Shown here: positions 19,673-29,216 of the stretch, in pieces
How the letters are laid out: each line of letters starts with the position of its first letter
Numbering within the stretch: the first letter of the stretch is position 1
Assembly (NCBI GenBank): GCA_965223505.1
Contig: CBDCWP010000012.1
Coordinates: forward strand, 32,001-96,000
Direction: 5' to 3'
Length of the DNA: 64,000 nt
DNA from: Planctomycetota bacterium
Lineage (GTDB): Bacteria; Planctomycetota; PLA2; JAEUHO01
Notes under the pieces: generated by a model
Told to the model about the DNA's origin: nothing
The model's database searches: none
What the model saw: only the letters and a program-made list of their open reading frames with translations
Made by a program: the position numbers and the translations under genes

Positions 19673-20290
19673 CTACATGTAGTTGATGAACCACCGGCGG
19701 GGCGAGCTGTTCTCCGGCTCGGTGTCGCGGCGCCACGGCGGCACGACGCCCTCGAACATCGCGGCCACCCACGGCACATCGACCGGCGCCAGCTTGCGGC
19801 CCGGCGTCAGGTGCATGGGACGGTCACGGATGTCGGCCAGCAGATGGCCCAGGATGTCCAGGTGGAACGAATGGTCGCCCGCCAGGACCTCCATGAACTT
19901 GCGCAGGTAGCGGTCGTCCGCCTGCTCCGTCGCCCGGCGGTGGAACACGATCGCGCGCTCCGCGGCCCGGAAAGCCTCGTCGAAGGCCTGGTACAGCGCC
20001 GGGGGGTTCAGGATGGGCGGGCCCTCGGCCGCGCGCGGCCGACGACGGCGTCCCGACTGACGCACGGCGCTGCGGCCGCCGTCCCGGTCGCGCAGGTGGC
20101 GCGACAGGATGCGGGCGTGATCGCGAACCTCGGCCGCGTACTCTTCGAACAGACGGCGGATGGGACCGTACGTGAACGCACGGCCGACACGCAGGTAGCG
20201 CGCCTCGACATTCTGTTCGATCAGAATGCCCGTCTGGATGATGCGGCTCGTCCGATCCGTATGGCTCGGGGGCGTCGTCGGGGTGATCAT
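19673..20290 (-). CDS. Ferritin/rubrerythrin-like four-helix protein with degenerate metal ligands
   Basis: ATG at 20290 with upstream GGAG; two repeats resembling E..Y/ExxH (IEQNVEARY..EVRDH and AERAIVFH..DHSFH). Confidence 0.55.
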   Translation of the reverse strand: MITPTTPPSHTDRTSRIIQTGILIEQNVEARYLRVGRAFTYGPIRRLFEEYAAEVRDHARILSRHLRDRDGGRSAVRQSGRRRRPRAAEGPPILNPPALYQAFDEAFRAAERAIVFHRRATEQADDRYLRKFMEVLAGDHSFHLDILGHLLADIRDRPMHLTPGRKLAPVDVPWVAAMFEGVVPPWRRDTEPENSSPRRWFINYM

Positions 20291-20629
20291 TGCTCTTGCT
20301 CCGGGAAGCGCCGCTGTCGCCGCGCCCTGGCCCTCGTCAGGCCATCTCTTTTTGTTTCTCAAATGTGGAGCTAGTAAAAAGCCCACATTAGTTCCGCACG
20401 TTACTGGGGCCCCCCTGGGGCCTGCAAGACCCCAGTTCCAAATTTTTTTTGGGGTCCTCGGAGCGCGATTTCCGCGGGGTCCGAAGGCGTCGTCACAAGC
20501 AGTTGTTTTGCAACGGGTTACGACGGCGCGTCCGGCGAACTTGTTCCGAACGCTTGCGAAGGAAGTGTTAAGGGGGTGACCTTCTTTGTCTAAGAATCCA
20601 CGCCGAAACGAGCGTCGCAGGAGGGTTGA
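20291..20629. promoter_or_regulatory. Divergent, relatively AT-rich promoter region
   Basis: 339-bp gap between divergent genes with A/T tracts (TCTTTTTGTTT, AAATTTTTTTT) in otherwise GC-rich DNA. Confidence 0.6.
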
Positions 20630-21553
20630 ATGACGTCCGTGCTGGCGTCCCTGCCCCGTCTCCTGGCCTGTCCGGACTCCGGCGCGCCCCTGCGTCTGGA
20701 GGGCGGCCGGCTGCGCTCCCCCGAGGGCCGCGAGTTCTCGCAAGCGGGGGGGATCCCCCGTCTGCTGCCCCGTGAGGCGGCGCCCCCGAAAGCCCGGCGC
20801 ACCGTCGCCGCTTTCGAGCGCCAGTGGCGGGCCTACGGGGCGCTCAGGCGGCTCTTCGGCAAGGACGCGGCCGCCATGGCGCGCAATCTCCACGGGCCGC
20901 GCATGGGCGCCCGTATCGACGCGGACTGGTACCGCGGCAAGCGCGTCCTGGACGCCGGCTGCGGCCACGGGCGCTACCTGCGGGCCTTCGCCGCGCTGGG
21001 CGCCGAGGTCGTCGGCATGGACATCGGCCGCGGGCCCGAGGAGGCCGGGGTGCCGCTCGACGACCCGCGCATCGGCGTGGTCCAGGGCAGCGTCCTCCAG
21101 GCGCCGTTCCGGGACGCGTCGTTCGACCTCGTCTTCAGCGACGGCGTCATCCACCACACGCCGGACGCGCAGGGCGCCTACCGCGAGCTGGCCCGGTTGG
21201 TGAAGCCCGGCGGGGCGCTCTACGTCTGGGTCTACCCGCGGGAGGGGAGGCTGCGTGAATGGGTCTTCGGCACGGCCCGCAAGCTCACCACGCGCCTACC
21301 CGGGCCGGTCGTGCGCACGCTGTCGTTTGCGCTCGCCCCGCTGACGGTCTGCGTTCGCAGCTACAGCGGCACGACGTTCGGCCGCGCCACGTGGGCGGAG
21401 TGCGCGCAAGTCGTCCACGACTGGATCGCGCCCCCGCTGCAGAGCCACCACTCGTTCGAGGAGGTGTGCAGCTGGGCCGCGCAGGCGGGGCTCGTCGATC
21501 CGGAGCGGCTGCCGATTCCGACGGGTGTGGTCGCCTGGCGGCCGTCCTCGTAG
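20630..21553 (+). CDS. Class I SAM-dependent methyltransferase with N-terminal Trm112-like domain
   Basis: LACPDSG..GGIPRLL; VLDAGCGHG; FDLVFSDGVIHH; KPGG. Confidence 0.88.
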   Translation: MTSVLASLPRLLACPDSGAPLRLEGGRLRSPEGREFSQAGGIPRLLPREAAPPKARRTVAAFERQWRAYGALRRLFGKDAAAMARNLHGPRMGARIDADWYRGKRVLDAGCGHGRYLRAFAALGAEVVGMDIGRGPEEAGVPLDDPRIGVVQGSVLQAPFRDASFDLVFSDGVIHHTPDAQGAYRELARLVKPGGALYVWVYPREGRLREWVFGTARKLTTRLPGPVVRTLSFALAPLTVCVRSYSGTTFGRATWAECAQVVHDWIAPPLQSHHSFEEVCSWAAQAGLVDPERLPIPTGVVAWRPSS

Positions 21554-21562
21554 ACGTCCGCG

Positions 21563-22336
21563 CTATTCCGCAACCCGCCGCAGGGGCGTAGCGGCGGCGG
21601 CGCCGGCGGACGTGGCCATGCGCTTGCTCATCACGACGTCGAGGAACGTCGGGGAACCCGGATACGAGAGCTGGCGGACGTGGCGAATCCCATAGCCGCG
21701 GCGCTCGTAGTACGGAACCAGTCCGACCTCCATCGACGTTCGCAGCAGCGTGTGTTCGTACCCGTCGGCGGTCGCGTGGTTCTCGGCGGCGGCGAGGAGG
21801 GCGGAGCCGATCCCGTTGCGGCGGTGATCCGGCCGCACCGCGAGTCCGGAGATCTCGATGTAGGAACGGTGCAGCGTCAGATCGCGAAACTCGGACCGGT
21901 CCGCCAGGCGGATGACACCGACGGCTTCCGCCCCGCAGCGCGCGAGGAGGAAGGTCTCGCCGCGGCGGATGGCCACACGCACCTCTTCGGCGCCCTCGAC
22001 GTCCGCCGGAAAAGGCGACATCGACGGGAGTGGCGTGTTCGAGCGCATCGCCTCGAGCGTGATGCCCGCGATCAAGGCCGCCTCGGACTCCGTCGCCGGC
22101 CGGATCTCGATCGGGGGATGCAGGTAGCGGCTCAGGTCGGCGCCGCGCAGATCACGTCCGCAGGCTTCCCCTTCGAGCGGGGGAATCTCGCGCACGAAGC
22201 GCAGGCCGCGCAGGTGAACCGTCCAGTCCTCGCCCGCGAGCATCGCGGCCGCAATGCGCCGCAGGCGCTTCTCCTGGCCCTGCCACCGTCCGCGGAGGGC
22301 CTCGATCTTGTCCGGGGAGGGGTGGATCACCGACAT
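21563..22336 (-). CDS. GNAT family N-acetyltransferase with N-terminal extension
   Basis: LAVRPDHRRNGIGSALL motif A; YYERRGY. Confidence 0.85.
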   Translation of the reverse strand: MSVIHPSPDKIEALRGRWQGQEKRLRRIAAAMLAGEDWTVHLRGLRFVREIPPLEGEACGRDLRGADLSRYLHPPIEIRPATESEAALIAGITLEAMRSNTPLPSMSPFPADVEGAEEVRVAIRRGETFLLARCGAEAVGVIRLADRSEFRDLTLHRSYIEISGLAVRPDHRRNGIGSALLAAAENHATADGYEHTLLRTSMEVGLVPYYERRGYGIRHVRQLSYPGSPTFLDVVMSKRMATSAGAAAATPLRRVAE

Positions 22337-22437
22337 TTCCGCACCTTGTATCGACCAGCCCGGCGCCGCCGCTCAAGGTCCCCATGAAGCCCCATGAATT
22401 GGGGGCCGTCGTCCTTGGTGCGCGTACGCTACGCCCC

Positions 22438-23667
22438 ATGGACGGCCGCCTGAACATGACCTTGCTCCCGCGCCTCGCGCGCAAGACCGACTCCCGCATC
22501 CTCTTCGTCGTGCTCGACGGGCTCGGCGGCGTGATCGGCAGCGAACCGACCGCGCTCGAACGGGCCGCGTGCCCGAACCTCGACGCGCTGGCCGCCGAGT
22601 CGGCGCTCGGACGCACGATTCCCGTGACCTTCGGCGTCACGCCCGGCAGCGGACCCGGCCATTTTGCCGTGTTCGGCTACGACCCGCTCGAGGTGGACGT
22701 CGGGCGCGGGCTGCTCGAAGCCCTCGGTGTCGGCGCGGACGTGCGCACCGGCGACGTGGCGATTCGCGGCAACTACTGCACGCTCGACGGCGAAGGCCTG
22801 CTGCTCGACCGTCGCGCCGGACGGATCGCGACGGAGCTGTCGCAGCCCCTCACGAAGAAGCTCGGCGAGACGATCGCGCGGATCGATGACGTCGAGGTTC
22901 ACATGCATCCGTTGCTCCAGCACCGCTTCGCCGCCGTGCTGCGCGGCCCGGGCCTTGCGGGCAACGTCGCCGACACCGATCCGCAGGAGGTGGGGGTCGC
23001 ACCCTTCGCCGCGCGCGCGCTCGACGAGCCTTCGCACAAGACGGCGGTGATCGCGAACACGTTCGTGAAGCGCGCGAACGAGGCGCTCGAAGGGCAGGAC
23101 GCGGCGAACGGCGTGCTGCTGCGCGGCTTCGGCGGGCGGCCGCAGATTCCGACCCTGCCCGAGCTCGCTCAGCTCTCGCCCTGCGCCGTCGCCGCGTACC
23201 CCGCCTACCGCGGCGTGGCGGAGCTCATCGGCATGCACGTCGTCCGGTCGGTGGCGCCGACGAGCACGATCGCGGACGAGGTCGACGTGCTCGAGTCCGT
23301 CTGGAACGACGGGCACGACTTCTTCTTCCTCCACGTAAAAGGCACGGACTCCGCGGGCGAGGACGGCGATACGGATCGCAAGGCGGCGGTCATCGAGGCC
23401 TTCGACAAGGAGCTTCCGCGCGTGCGCGCGTTGAACCCGGACGTGATCGTCATCACCGGCGATCACTCGACGCCGGGGCCGATGGCCGCGCACTCGTGGC
23501 ATCCCGTTCCCACGCTGTTGTGGGGACCCTGGTGCGAGCCGGACACGCAGACGACCTTCGACGAGCACGCGTGCCACGCCGGGCGGCTGGGCATTCAGCT
23601 GCCGTCGACGGCCATGTTGAGGCTGGCCCTTGCGAGTGCGGGTAAGCTCGCCAAGTACGGGGCCTGA
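22438..23667 (+). CDS. apgM: Cofactor-independent phosphoglycerate mutase (ApgM type)
   Basis: VLDGLG, PGSGPGH, GRGLLEALG, DRRAGRI, HVKGTDSAGED, TGDHSTP, HSWHPVP. Start uncertain (22438 or 22456). Confidence 0.9.
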   Translation: MDGRLNMTLLPRLARKTDSRILFVVLDGLGGVIGSEPTALERAACPNLDALAAESALGRTIPVTFGVTPGSGPGHFAVFGYDPLEVDVGRGLLEALGVGADVRTGDVAIRGNYCTLDGEGLLLDRRAGRIATELSQPLTKKLGETIARIDDVEVHMHPLLQHRFAAVLRGPGLAGNVADTDPQEVGVAPFAARALDEPSHKTAVIANTFVKRANEALEGQDAANGVLLRGFGGRPQIPTLPELAQLSPCAVAAYPAYRGVAELIGMHVVRSVAPTSTIADEVDVLESVWNDGHDFFFLHVKGTDSAGEDGDTDRKAAVIEAFDKELPRVRALNPDVIVITGDHSTPGPMAAHSWHPVPTLLWGPWCEPDTQTTFDEHACHAGRLGIQLPSTAMLRLALASAGKLAKYGA

Positions 23668-23690
23668 GCCACGGAACGCCGGAGAGCGCT

Positions 23691-25325
23691 TTGAGCGACG
23701 AGGAACAACGCGGCGGCCACCTGGTCAACTTCGTTCTCTGCCTGATCACGTTCACCTGGATCGCGGCGTTCATGCCCGAGCCGATCGTGCTGGGCACCCT
23801 CCCCGGCGTCGTCGCGTGGCTCGTCATGGTCGAGCGCTGCCGGACGACGAAGAGCGCCGTGCTCTGGCTCTTCGTCTTCGGCGCCGTCGCGATGAGCATC
23901 GGCTACGCGTGGCTGGCCGAGACGGTCCACGAATTCGGTGGCATCGGCCCGCCGTTGAACTACGTGGCCGTCGCGGTGTTCGGCATCGCCGGCGTCGCCC
24001 ACGCGCTGCTGTTCCTGTTGCTGTATCGCTCGATGCTCGCGCGCGGCCGTCGCCCGCATCCGCTCGTCACCGTGATTCTCTTCTGCGCCTGCGAGGCGTT
24101 GCCGATCCGGCTGTTTCCTTGGATGGCCGGGAACGGCGCGATCGACGTACCGCCGCTCGCGCAGCAAGCCGAGTGGGGCGGCGTGTCCGCCGTCTCGTTC
24201 GTTCTGTTGTGCCTGGTCATGCCGGTTCACGAATGGCTGCGATGGGCATTCGGCAAGCCGGCGCGGCAGTCCGCGGCGCTGGCGACGTTCGTGATCGGTG
24301 CCGCCGCGTTCGGGTGGGGGATGTGGCGGCACGCGGACGTTCGCGACGCCGAGCAGGCGGCGACCGAGCGCATCCGCGTCGGCATCACGCAGTCCGGCTA
24401 CGGCTCGAAGGACAAGCGCGCCGAGGAGAACGGGCACGTGGACCGGCGCCAAAGCAGCGCCGCCAAGTACATCGCCTTGTCGCACCAGGCCGCGAAGGCG
24501 GGCGCCGAGCTGATCGTCTGGCCGGAGACCGCGATCACGAGATCGGTTCCCTTGACCGGAGATCCGCGCCGCACCAACGGGTTCCTCGCCGCGTCCGGGT
24601 ACGCCGACCTCAACGAGCTCGGCAAGGATCACGCATTCCTCGTCGGGCTCTACGAGCGCATCGAGCCGCCGCGGGACCGTGTCTTCGACCCGCTGAAGCC
24701 GTTCGACGAGCGCTACAACGTGGCCGCGTTGCGACAGCTCGGCGATCGCGACGCCGAGTGGTCCGCCGTCCGCAAGGTCTACTTGATCCCGTTCGGCGAG
24801 TACATGCCGTTCGGCGTGATGGAGGATCGACTGCCGCAGAAGTTCAAGATGCGTCCCGGCGCCGACGTCCAGGAGCCGCTGCGCTACAAGGATCTGCGCA
24901 TCGTGCCGTTCCTTTGCTACGAGGGCATCCTGCCCGAGCACGTCCGCAACATGACGAAGGGCGCGTACCCCGATCTGCTGGTCAGCCTCACCAACGACTC
25001 GTGGTTCGGCGATACGTGGGAGCCGCACCAACACCTGAACTTCACGCGCTTCCGCGCGATCGAACATCGCGCCCCCCTGGTGCGAGCCACCAACACCGGC
25101 ATCAGCGCGTTCGTGAGCGCAACGGGCGAGGTCGTCTCGAGGCTCCCGCTGGACTTCGACTGGAAGGGGCCGGGGGCGATCCTCGTCGAAGACGTCCCGC
25201 TCGTTGGGCGCGAGCCGACGATCTACGCACGGTTCGGCTACCACTTCCCGGTGCTGCTGTACGTGGTGGCGCTGTTGGCGTTCGTCACCGCGCGCATGCG
25301 CCCGCCCGCCGTCACCGCGAGCTAG
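23691..25325 (+). CDS. lnt: Apolipoprotein N-acyltransferase
   Basis: N-terminal TM helices; WPETA, KVYLIPFGEY and CYE nitrilase triad; TNDSWFG and RATNTGIS. Confidence 0.93.
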   Translation: MSDEEQRGGHLVNFVLCLITFTWIAAFMPEPIVLGTLPGVVAWLVMVERCRTTKSAVLWLFVFGAVAMSIGYAWLAETVHEFGGIGPPLNYVAVAVFGIAGVAHALLFLLLYRSMLARGRRPHPLVTVILFCACEALPIRLFPWMAGNGAIDVPPLAQQAEWGGVSAVSFVLLCLVMPVHEWLRWAFGKPARQSAALATFVIGAAAFGWGMWRHADVRDAEQAATERIRVGITQSGYGSKDKRAEENGHVDRRQSSAAKYIALSHQAAKAGAELIVWPETAITRSVPLTGDPRRTNGFLAASGYADLNELGKDHAFLVGLYERIEPPRDRVFDPLKPFDERYNVAALRQLGDRDAEWSAVRKVYLIPFGEYMPFGVMEDRLPQKFKMRPGADVQEPLRYKDLRIVPFLCYEGILPEHVRNMTKGAYPDLLVSLTNDSWFGDTWEPHQHLNFTRFRAIEHRAPLVRATNTGISAFVSATGEVVSRLPLDFDWKGPGAILVEDVPLVGREPTIYARFGYHFPVLLYVVALLAFVTARMRPPAVTAS

Positions 25326-26209
25326 CGTCGCCAGGTGATGGTCTTCCCGTAGATCTCGAAGCCGAGGGACCGGTACAGGCGCTTCGCCGGCTCGTTGTCG
25401 TCGTACACGCCGAGGTCGATCTTCTCGTAGCCCTGCTCGGCCAGGGTGCGCAACCCCGCGACGACCAGCGCGCGGCCGAGCGCGTTGCCTCGGTGGGCGC
25501 TGTGCACGACGACGCTCTCGAGCAATCCGCCCGCCCCGTCCTGCGACGGCTGGGTCTCGCACAGTCCGCAGACGGCGCCTTCGTGCTCCGCGAGCCACAT
25601 GTGGAATCCGGGCGCGCTGCGGGAGACGTGCGGGTCCGAGGCCGACATGGCGACGTAGCCGTGGGTGCCGGCGTATCCGTCGGCGTGGAGCGCGATCCAG
25701 GCGGCGTCGTCCTCCGGACAAGGCACGTAGGGGCGGATCGAATACCCCGCCGGTGGGTCCGTCGGATCGGGCGGCGGCCCGCGCCGGCACATCTCGAGGT
25801 CGACCTTCGTCTTCAGGAATCCGCGCTTCTCGAGGAACACGCTTCCTGCGGTCCACGTCGCCGGCGCACTGCACTGCAGCGTGACGTCGTCCCCTGGATC
25901 CTGTCCCTTCACGTGCTCGAACAGCAGCGCGCCGAGGCCCCGACGCCGGCGTCGCGGATGCACGAGGATGCGGAAGTTCCGCAGCCACCGGTCGCCTTCC
26001 GGATAGCGCGTGGAGGTCAGCAGCGCGACGATGTGGCCGTCGTCTTCGATCAGCGCGAAGTCGCGGGCGCCGCGATTGAAGGACATCGCAGCGAAGTGGC
26101 GCCACGCCGCGGCGGACACGGCGACGATCGTCTCGTCGAGCGCGTGGCACGCCTGGAAGAACGCCGCGGCGGCGTCGGCGTCGTCTGCGGAGTACGGCCG
26201 GATCTGCAC
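25322..26209 (-). CDS. Tandem GNAT acetyltransferase
   Basis: Two motif-A copies (VHPRRRRRGLG and VHSAHRGNALG); NEPAKRLYRSLGF. Confidence 0.85.
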   Translation of the reverse strand: MQIRPYSADDADAAAAFFQACHALDETIVAVSAAAWRHFAAMSFNRGARDFALIEDDGHIVALLTSTRYPEGDRWLRNFRILVHPRRRRRGLGALLFEHVKGQDPGDDVTLQCSAPATWTAGSVFLEKRGFLKTKVDLEMCRRGPPPDPTDPPAGYSIRPYVPCPEDDAAWIALHADGYAGTHGYVAMSASDPHVSRSAPGFHMWLAEHEGAVCGLCETQPSQDGAGGLLESVVVHSAHRGNALGRALVVAGLRTLAEQGYEKIDLGVYDDNEPAKRLYRSLGFEIYGKTITWRR

Positions 26210-26228
26210 CGCGGGACGGTACCAGGGA

Positions 26229-27638
26229 TCACTTGCCGGGCTCGTCGCGGTCCCGGGGCTTCAGCTTCTCGCCGGGCGTGCCGGTGATGACGGGTCGCTT
26301 CGGCCCCTCGGTGCGTAGCGCCGCGCGCTTGAGGAACAGGATCGCGAAGCACGTGTCGACGAGCTCCTGGCCCTTGCCGGGCTTCCAGCTGCCTCGCGCC
26401 AACTGCGCGTCGACCAACAGCTGCGCGCCGTCGGCATACCAGTCGTGCTTGCCGAGGTAGCGCTTGCCGGCAAGCACACACGCGCGCTCGAGGCCGTAGA
26501 GGTAGTAATAGTGCCAGATGCCCTTCTCCCACGCCTGATCGTCGGCGCCGGGGTTCTCGTCGACCGTGTAGTGCTCGCTGAGCCATGCGATCGCGTCCCA
26601 GACGGACTGCTCGACCTCGGCGAGGCGCTTCTTGAGCGCCGTGCGCTTCGTTCTCGTCTTGGGCTTGGCGACCTTCTTCAACAGGTCGTGGACGATGACG
26701 AGCGACGAGAGCCCGCCTGCCGTCATCGAGCCCGTACAGGGCCTGAAGTCGTCGGCCTCGTGGCCATAGCCGAAACCGCGCGCGATGTCGTGTCCTTTGC
26801 GCTTGGAGCCGGCATAGCGGCCCTGCGCCTCCGGCTTCGGATCGGGCCGTCGCGGCACTTTCGGACCGGTCCGCTGCTGCGCGGCCAACAGCACGTCCGC
26901 GATGCGGAAGAGCGTCTCCTCGTCGAGCCGATACCCGCAGCGCGTCCCCGCCCAGATGGCGAGCAGCGCGTACTGCGTATTGGACATGTCGCCGTTGGCG
27001 TTGACCTCGACGTCGGCCACGCCCGGCAGCTTCACGCCGCCCGGCAGTCCGCCGCCGCCGCCGTGGGGATAGCTGAAGAGCGCCTTGCGATTCCACTTCG
27101 TCAGGATCCACTCGACGATCTCCGTCATCAGCGCGCGTGCCCAATCGGGGTACTTGCACGGATTGACCTTGGGCTTCGCGTAGCGGCTCGGCTTGCCGTC
27201 TTCCTTCGGCGGCGACGCGTAGAGCTGGTGCAGCACCATGACGACGATGGAGAGCGCGTACGACGCGGACGTCCCCAGGTGGTCCTTCGAGTCGATCAGC
27301 GTCTTGTAGTTCTCGCGCAGGTACGCGACCGCGCGCTGGATCACCGGCTGATCCGGGCCGTAGCCGCAGTGCGCGAGTGTGAGCGTCGCCAGGGCACTCG
27401 GGCCGAAGACGCGCTGCGCCATGAGCGGGTGCGCGCCGGCAACGCCGGTGGGCATGATGCTGAACGAGCCGTCCTCGACCTGCTTCGAGATCAACCACTC
27501 GGCGCCCTTGTCGATGGCCTGTTCGACGCGCTTCTGTAGCGCCGCTTCGAGCAAGGGCTTCTCGCTCTCCGCGAATGACACCGGTGCGAGCACGCACGCC
27601 AGCGCGATCCCCAACAAGACGCGTCCACCCGTTCCCAT
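26229..27638 (-). CDS. Secreted prenyltransferase/squalene-cyclase-repeat (alpha-alpha toroid) protein, paralogue A
   Basis: ATG at 27638 with signal peptide; WLISKQVEDGSF, DMSNTQYALL, YYYLYGLERA, DWY, DTCFAILFL. Confidence 0.8.
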   Translation of the reverse strand: MGTGGRVLLGIALACVLAPVSFAESEKPLLEAALQKRVEQAIDKGAEWLISKQVEDGSFSIMPTGVAGAHPLMAQRVFGPSALATLTLAHCGYGPDQPVIQRAVAYLRENYKTLIDSKDHLGTSASYALSIVVMVLHQLYASPPKEDGKPSRYAKPKVNPCKYPDWARALMTEIVEWILTKWNRKALFSYPHGGGGGLPGGVKLPGVADVEVNANGDMSNTQYALLAIWAGTRCGYRLDEETLFRIADVLLAAQQRTGPKVPRRPDPKPEAQGRYAGSKRKGHDIARGFGYGHEADDFRPCTGSMTAGGLSSLVIVHDLLKKVAKPKTRTKRTALKKRLAEVEQSVWDAIAWLSEHYTVDENPGADDQAWEKGIWHYYYLYGLERACVLAGKRYLGKHDWYADGAQLLVDAQLARGSWKPGKGQELVDTCFAILFLKRAALRTEGPKRPVITGTPGEKLKPRDRDEPGK

Positions 27639-27652
27639 TACGGCTCCCCCCC

Positions 27653-29194
27653 CTAGAGCGTCTTCTTCTTCGCCGTCTCGTCCTTGGGTAGCGGCTTGCC
27701 GCCTTCGGTGATCGACGGATTGCGCAACACCGGCGTGCGGGGCTTGAAGGCCGCGCGCTTCAGGAACAAGAGCGCGAAGCACGTGTCGTGCATCGACATG
27801 CTGTACGGCGATCGGAACCCGCCGGGCGGTCCGCCGCCCGCGCCCGCCGGCCCGCCGGGACCGCCCGGGCCGGGTCCGCCGGGCCCCCTGGGGCCGCCCC
27901 ACCCGCTCAGCGCGCTCTCGGGATCCCACTGACCGTTCTTCTTCTGGGCGTCGACCAGCAGCTGCGCGCCTTCGCGATACCAGTCGTGCTCGCCGCAGTA
28001 GCGCTTCTCCGCGATCACGAACGCGCGCTCGAGGCCGTACAGGTAGTAGTAGTGCCACATCGGGCCGTCGGGCGGGTTCTGCGTGAGGTCGTAGTTGACG
28101 ACGTGCCACGCGATCGCGTCCCAGATGCCCTTGTCCAGCTGCGTGCGCATGGCGCCGGAGAGCTTGTTCATCTCCATCAGCATCGCCTTGACGATCACGA
28201 GCGACGACAGCCCGGCCGACGTCATCGCGCCGGTCGCCGGCATGCCGGACACGTAGCCGAACCCGCGTGCGTGATCGCGGTCGGTGTCGGAGGTCTCGCC
28301 GGGCACTTTGAACGGTGCGTAGGGACTGTCGCGCTCGGCGTCGCGCGGTTCCGGATCAGGCCGGCGGACGATCGCCGGACCCTTCTTCTCCTGCAAGGCG
28401 AGCAGTCGCATGGCGACGTGCTCGAGGACGCGGTGGTCGACCCTGTATCCGCAGCGCGATCCCATCCACAGCGCCAGCAACGCATACTGCGTGTTCGACA
28501 TGTCCTCGGGACCGTCGAGATTCGGCATGGCGCCCATGCCGCCGGGCCCACCCGGCGCAGGGCCGGCCGGTCGTGACGGGAGGTCGCCCGGATAGCGGAA
28601 CGTGCCCTCCTTCGCGCGGTTCTCCACGATCCAGTCGAGGATCGACCTGATCACCTTCTTTGCCCACGCCGGATAGCCGCACGGGTTGTCCCGGCTCTTG
28701 CGCGCGCTCGCGTAGCGGTTGTCGCGACCGTTCCCGTCTTTGTCGCCCGGCTGCGCGAACAGCTTGTGCAGCGCCATCACGGTGATGCACAACGAGTACG
28801 ACGAACCTTGCGGCCAGTAGTCGCCCCTCATGACGCCCCGCCAGTGCTTCTTGAGGTAGCCGAGCGCCTTCCGAATCTCGATGCGCTCCGCGTCGTAGCC
28901 GCAGTGCGCCAACGTGAGCGTCGCGAGCGCGGTCTCGCCGAAGCGGTGACGGCTGGCCGGAAAGGGACCATTGCCCTGATTGCCGTCGAGCTTGAAGGAA
29001 CCGTCGCGTTTCTGCTGCGTGACCAGCCAGGCGGCGCCGCGATCGATCGCGCGGTTCACGCGCGCCTTCAAGACGATGTCCGCCTTCTTGCGCGCCATCT
29101 CCGCTGCTTTGTCCTCGTCCTTCTTCTCGTCGCCGGCGGCCCAGGCGGGGGAGAGGAGCACGACGACGAACGCGAGGAGCAGCGGGTTCTTCAT
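27653..29194 (-). CDS. Secreted prenyltransferase/squalene-cyclase-repeat protein, paralogue B
   Basis: Signal peptide ending AWA; same blocks as paralogue A; Gly/Pro-rich inserts. Confidence 0.8.
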   Translation of the reverse strand: MKNPLLLAFVVVLLSPAWAAGDEKKDEDKAAEMARKKADIVLKARVNRAIDRGAAWLVTQQKRDGSFKLDGNQGNGPFPASRHRFGETALATLTLAHCGYDAERIEIRKALGYLKKHWRGVMRGDYWPQGSSYSLCITVMALHKLFAQPGDKDGNGRDNRYASARKSRDNPCGYPAWAKKVIRSILDWIVENRAKEGTFRYPGDLPSRPAGPAPGGPGGMGAMPNLDGPEDMSNTQYALLALWMGSRCGYRVDHRVLEHVAMRLLALQEKKGPAIVRRPDPEPRDAERDSPYAPFKVPGETSDTDRDHARGFGYVSGMPATGAMTSAGLSSLVIVKAMLMEMNKLSGAMRTQLDKGIWDAIAWHVVNYDLTQNPPDGPMWHYYYLYGLERAFVIAEKRYCGEHDWYREGAQLLVDAQKKNGQWDPESALSGWGGPRGPGGPGPGGPGGPAGAGGGPPGGFRSPYSMSMHDTCFALLFLKRAAFKPRTPVLRNPSITEGGKPLPKDETAKKKTL

Positions 29195-29216
29195 GACCCT
29201 CCTACAAACGCCGGAG

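Noticed and set aside
27820..27900. Extremely GC-rich quasi-repeat
   Set aside because: Encodes a Gly/Pro low-complexity loop (GGPRGPGGPGPGGPGGP) within the CDS.
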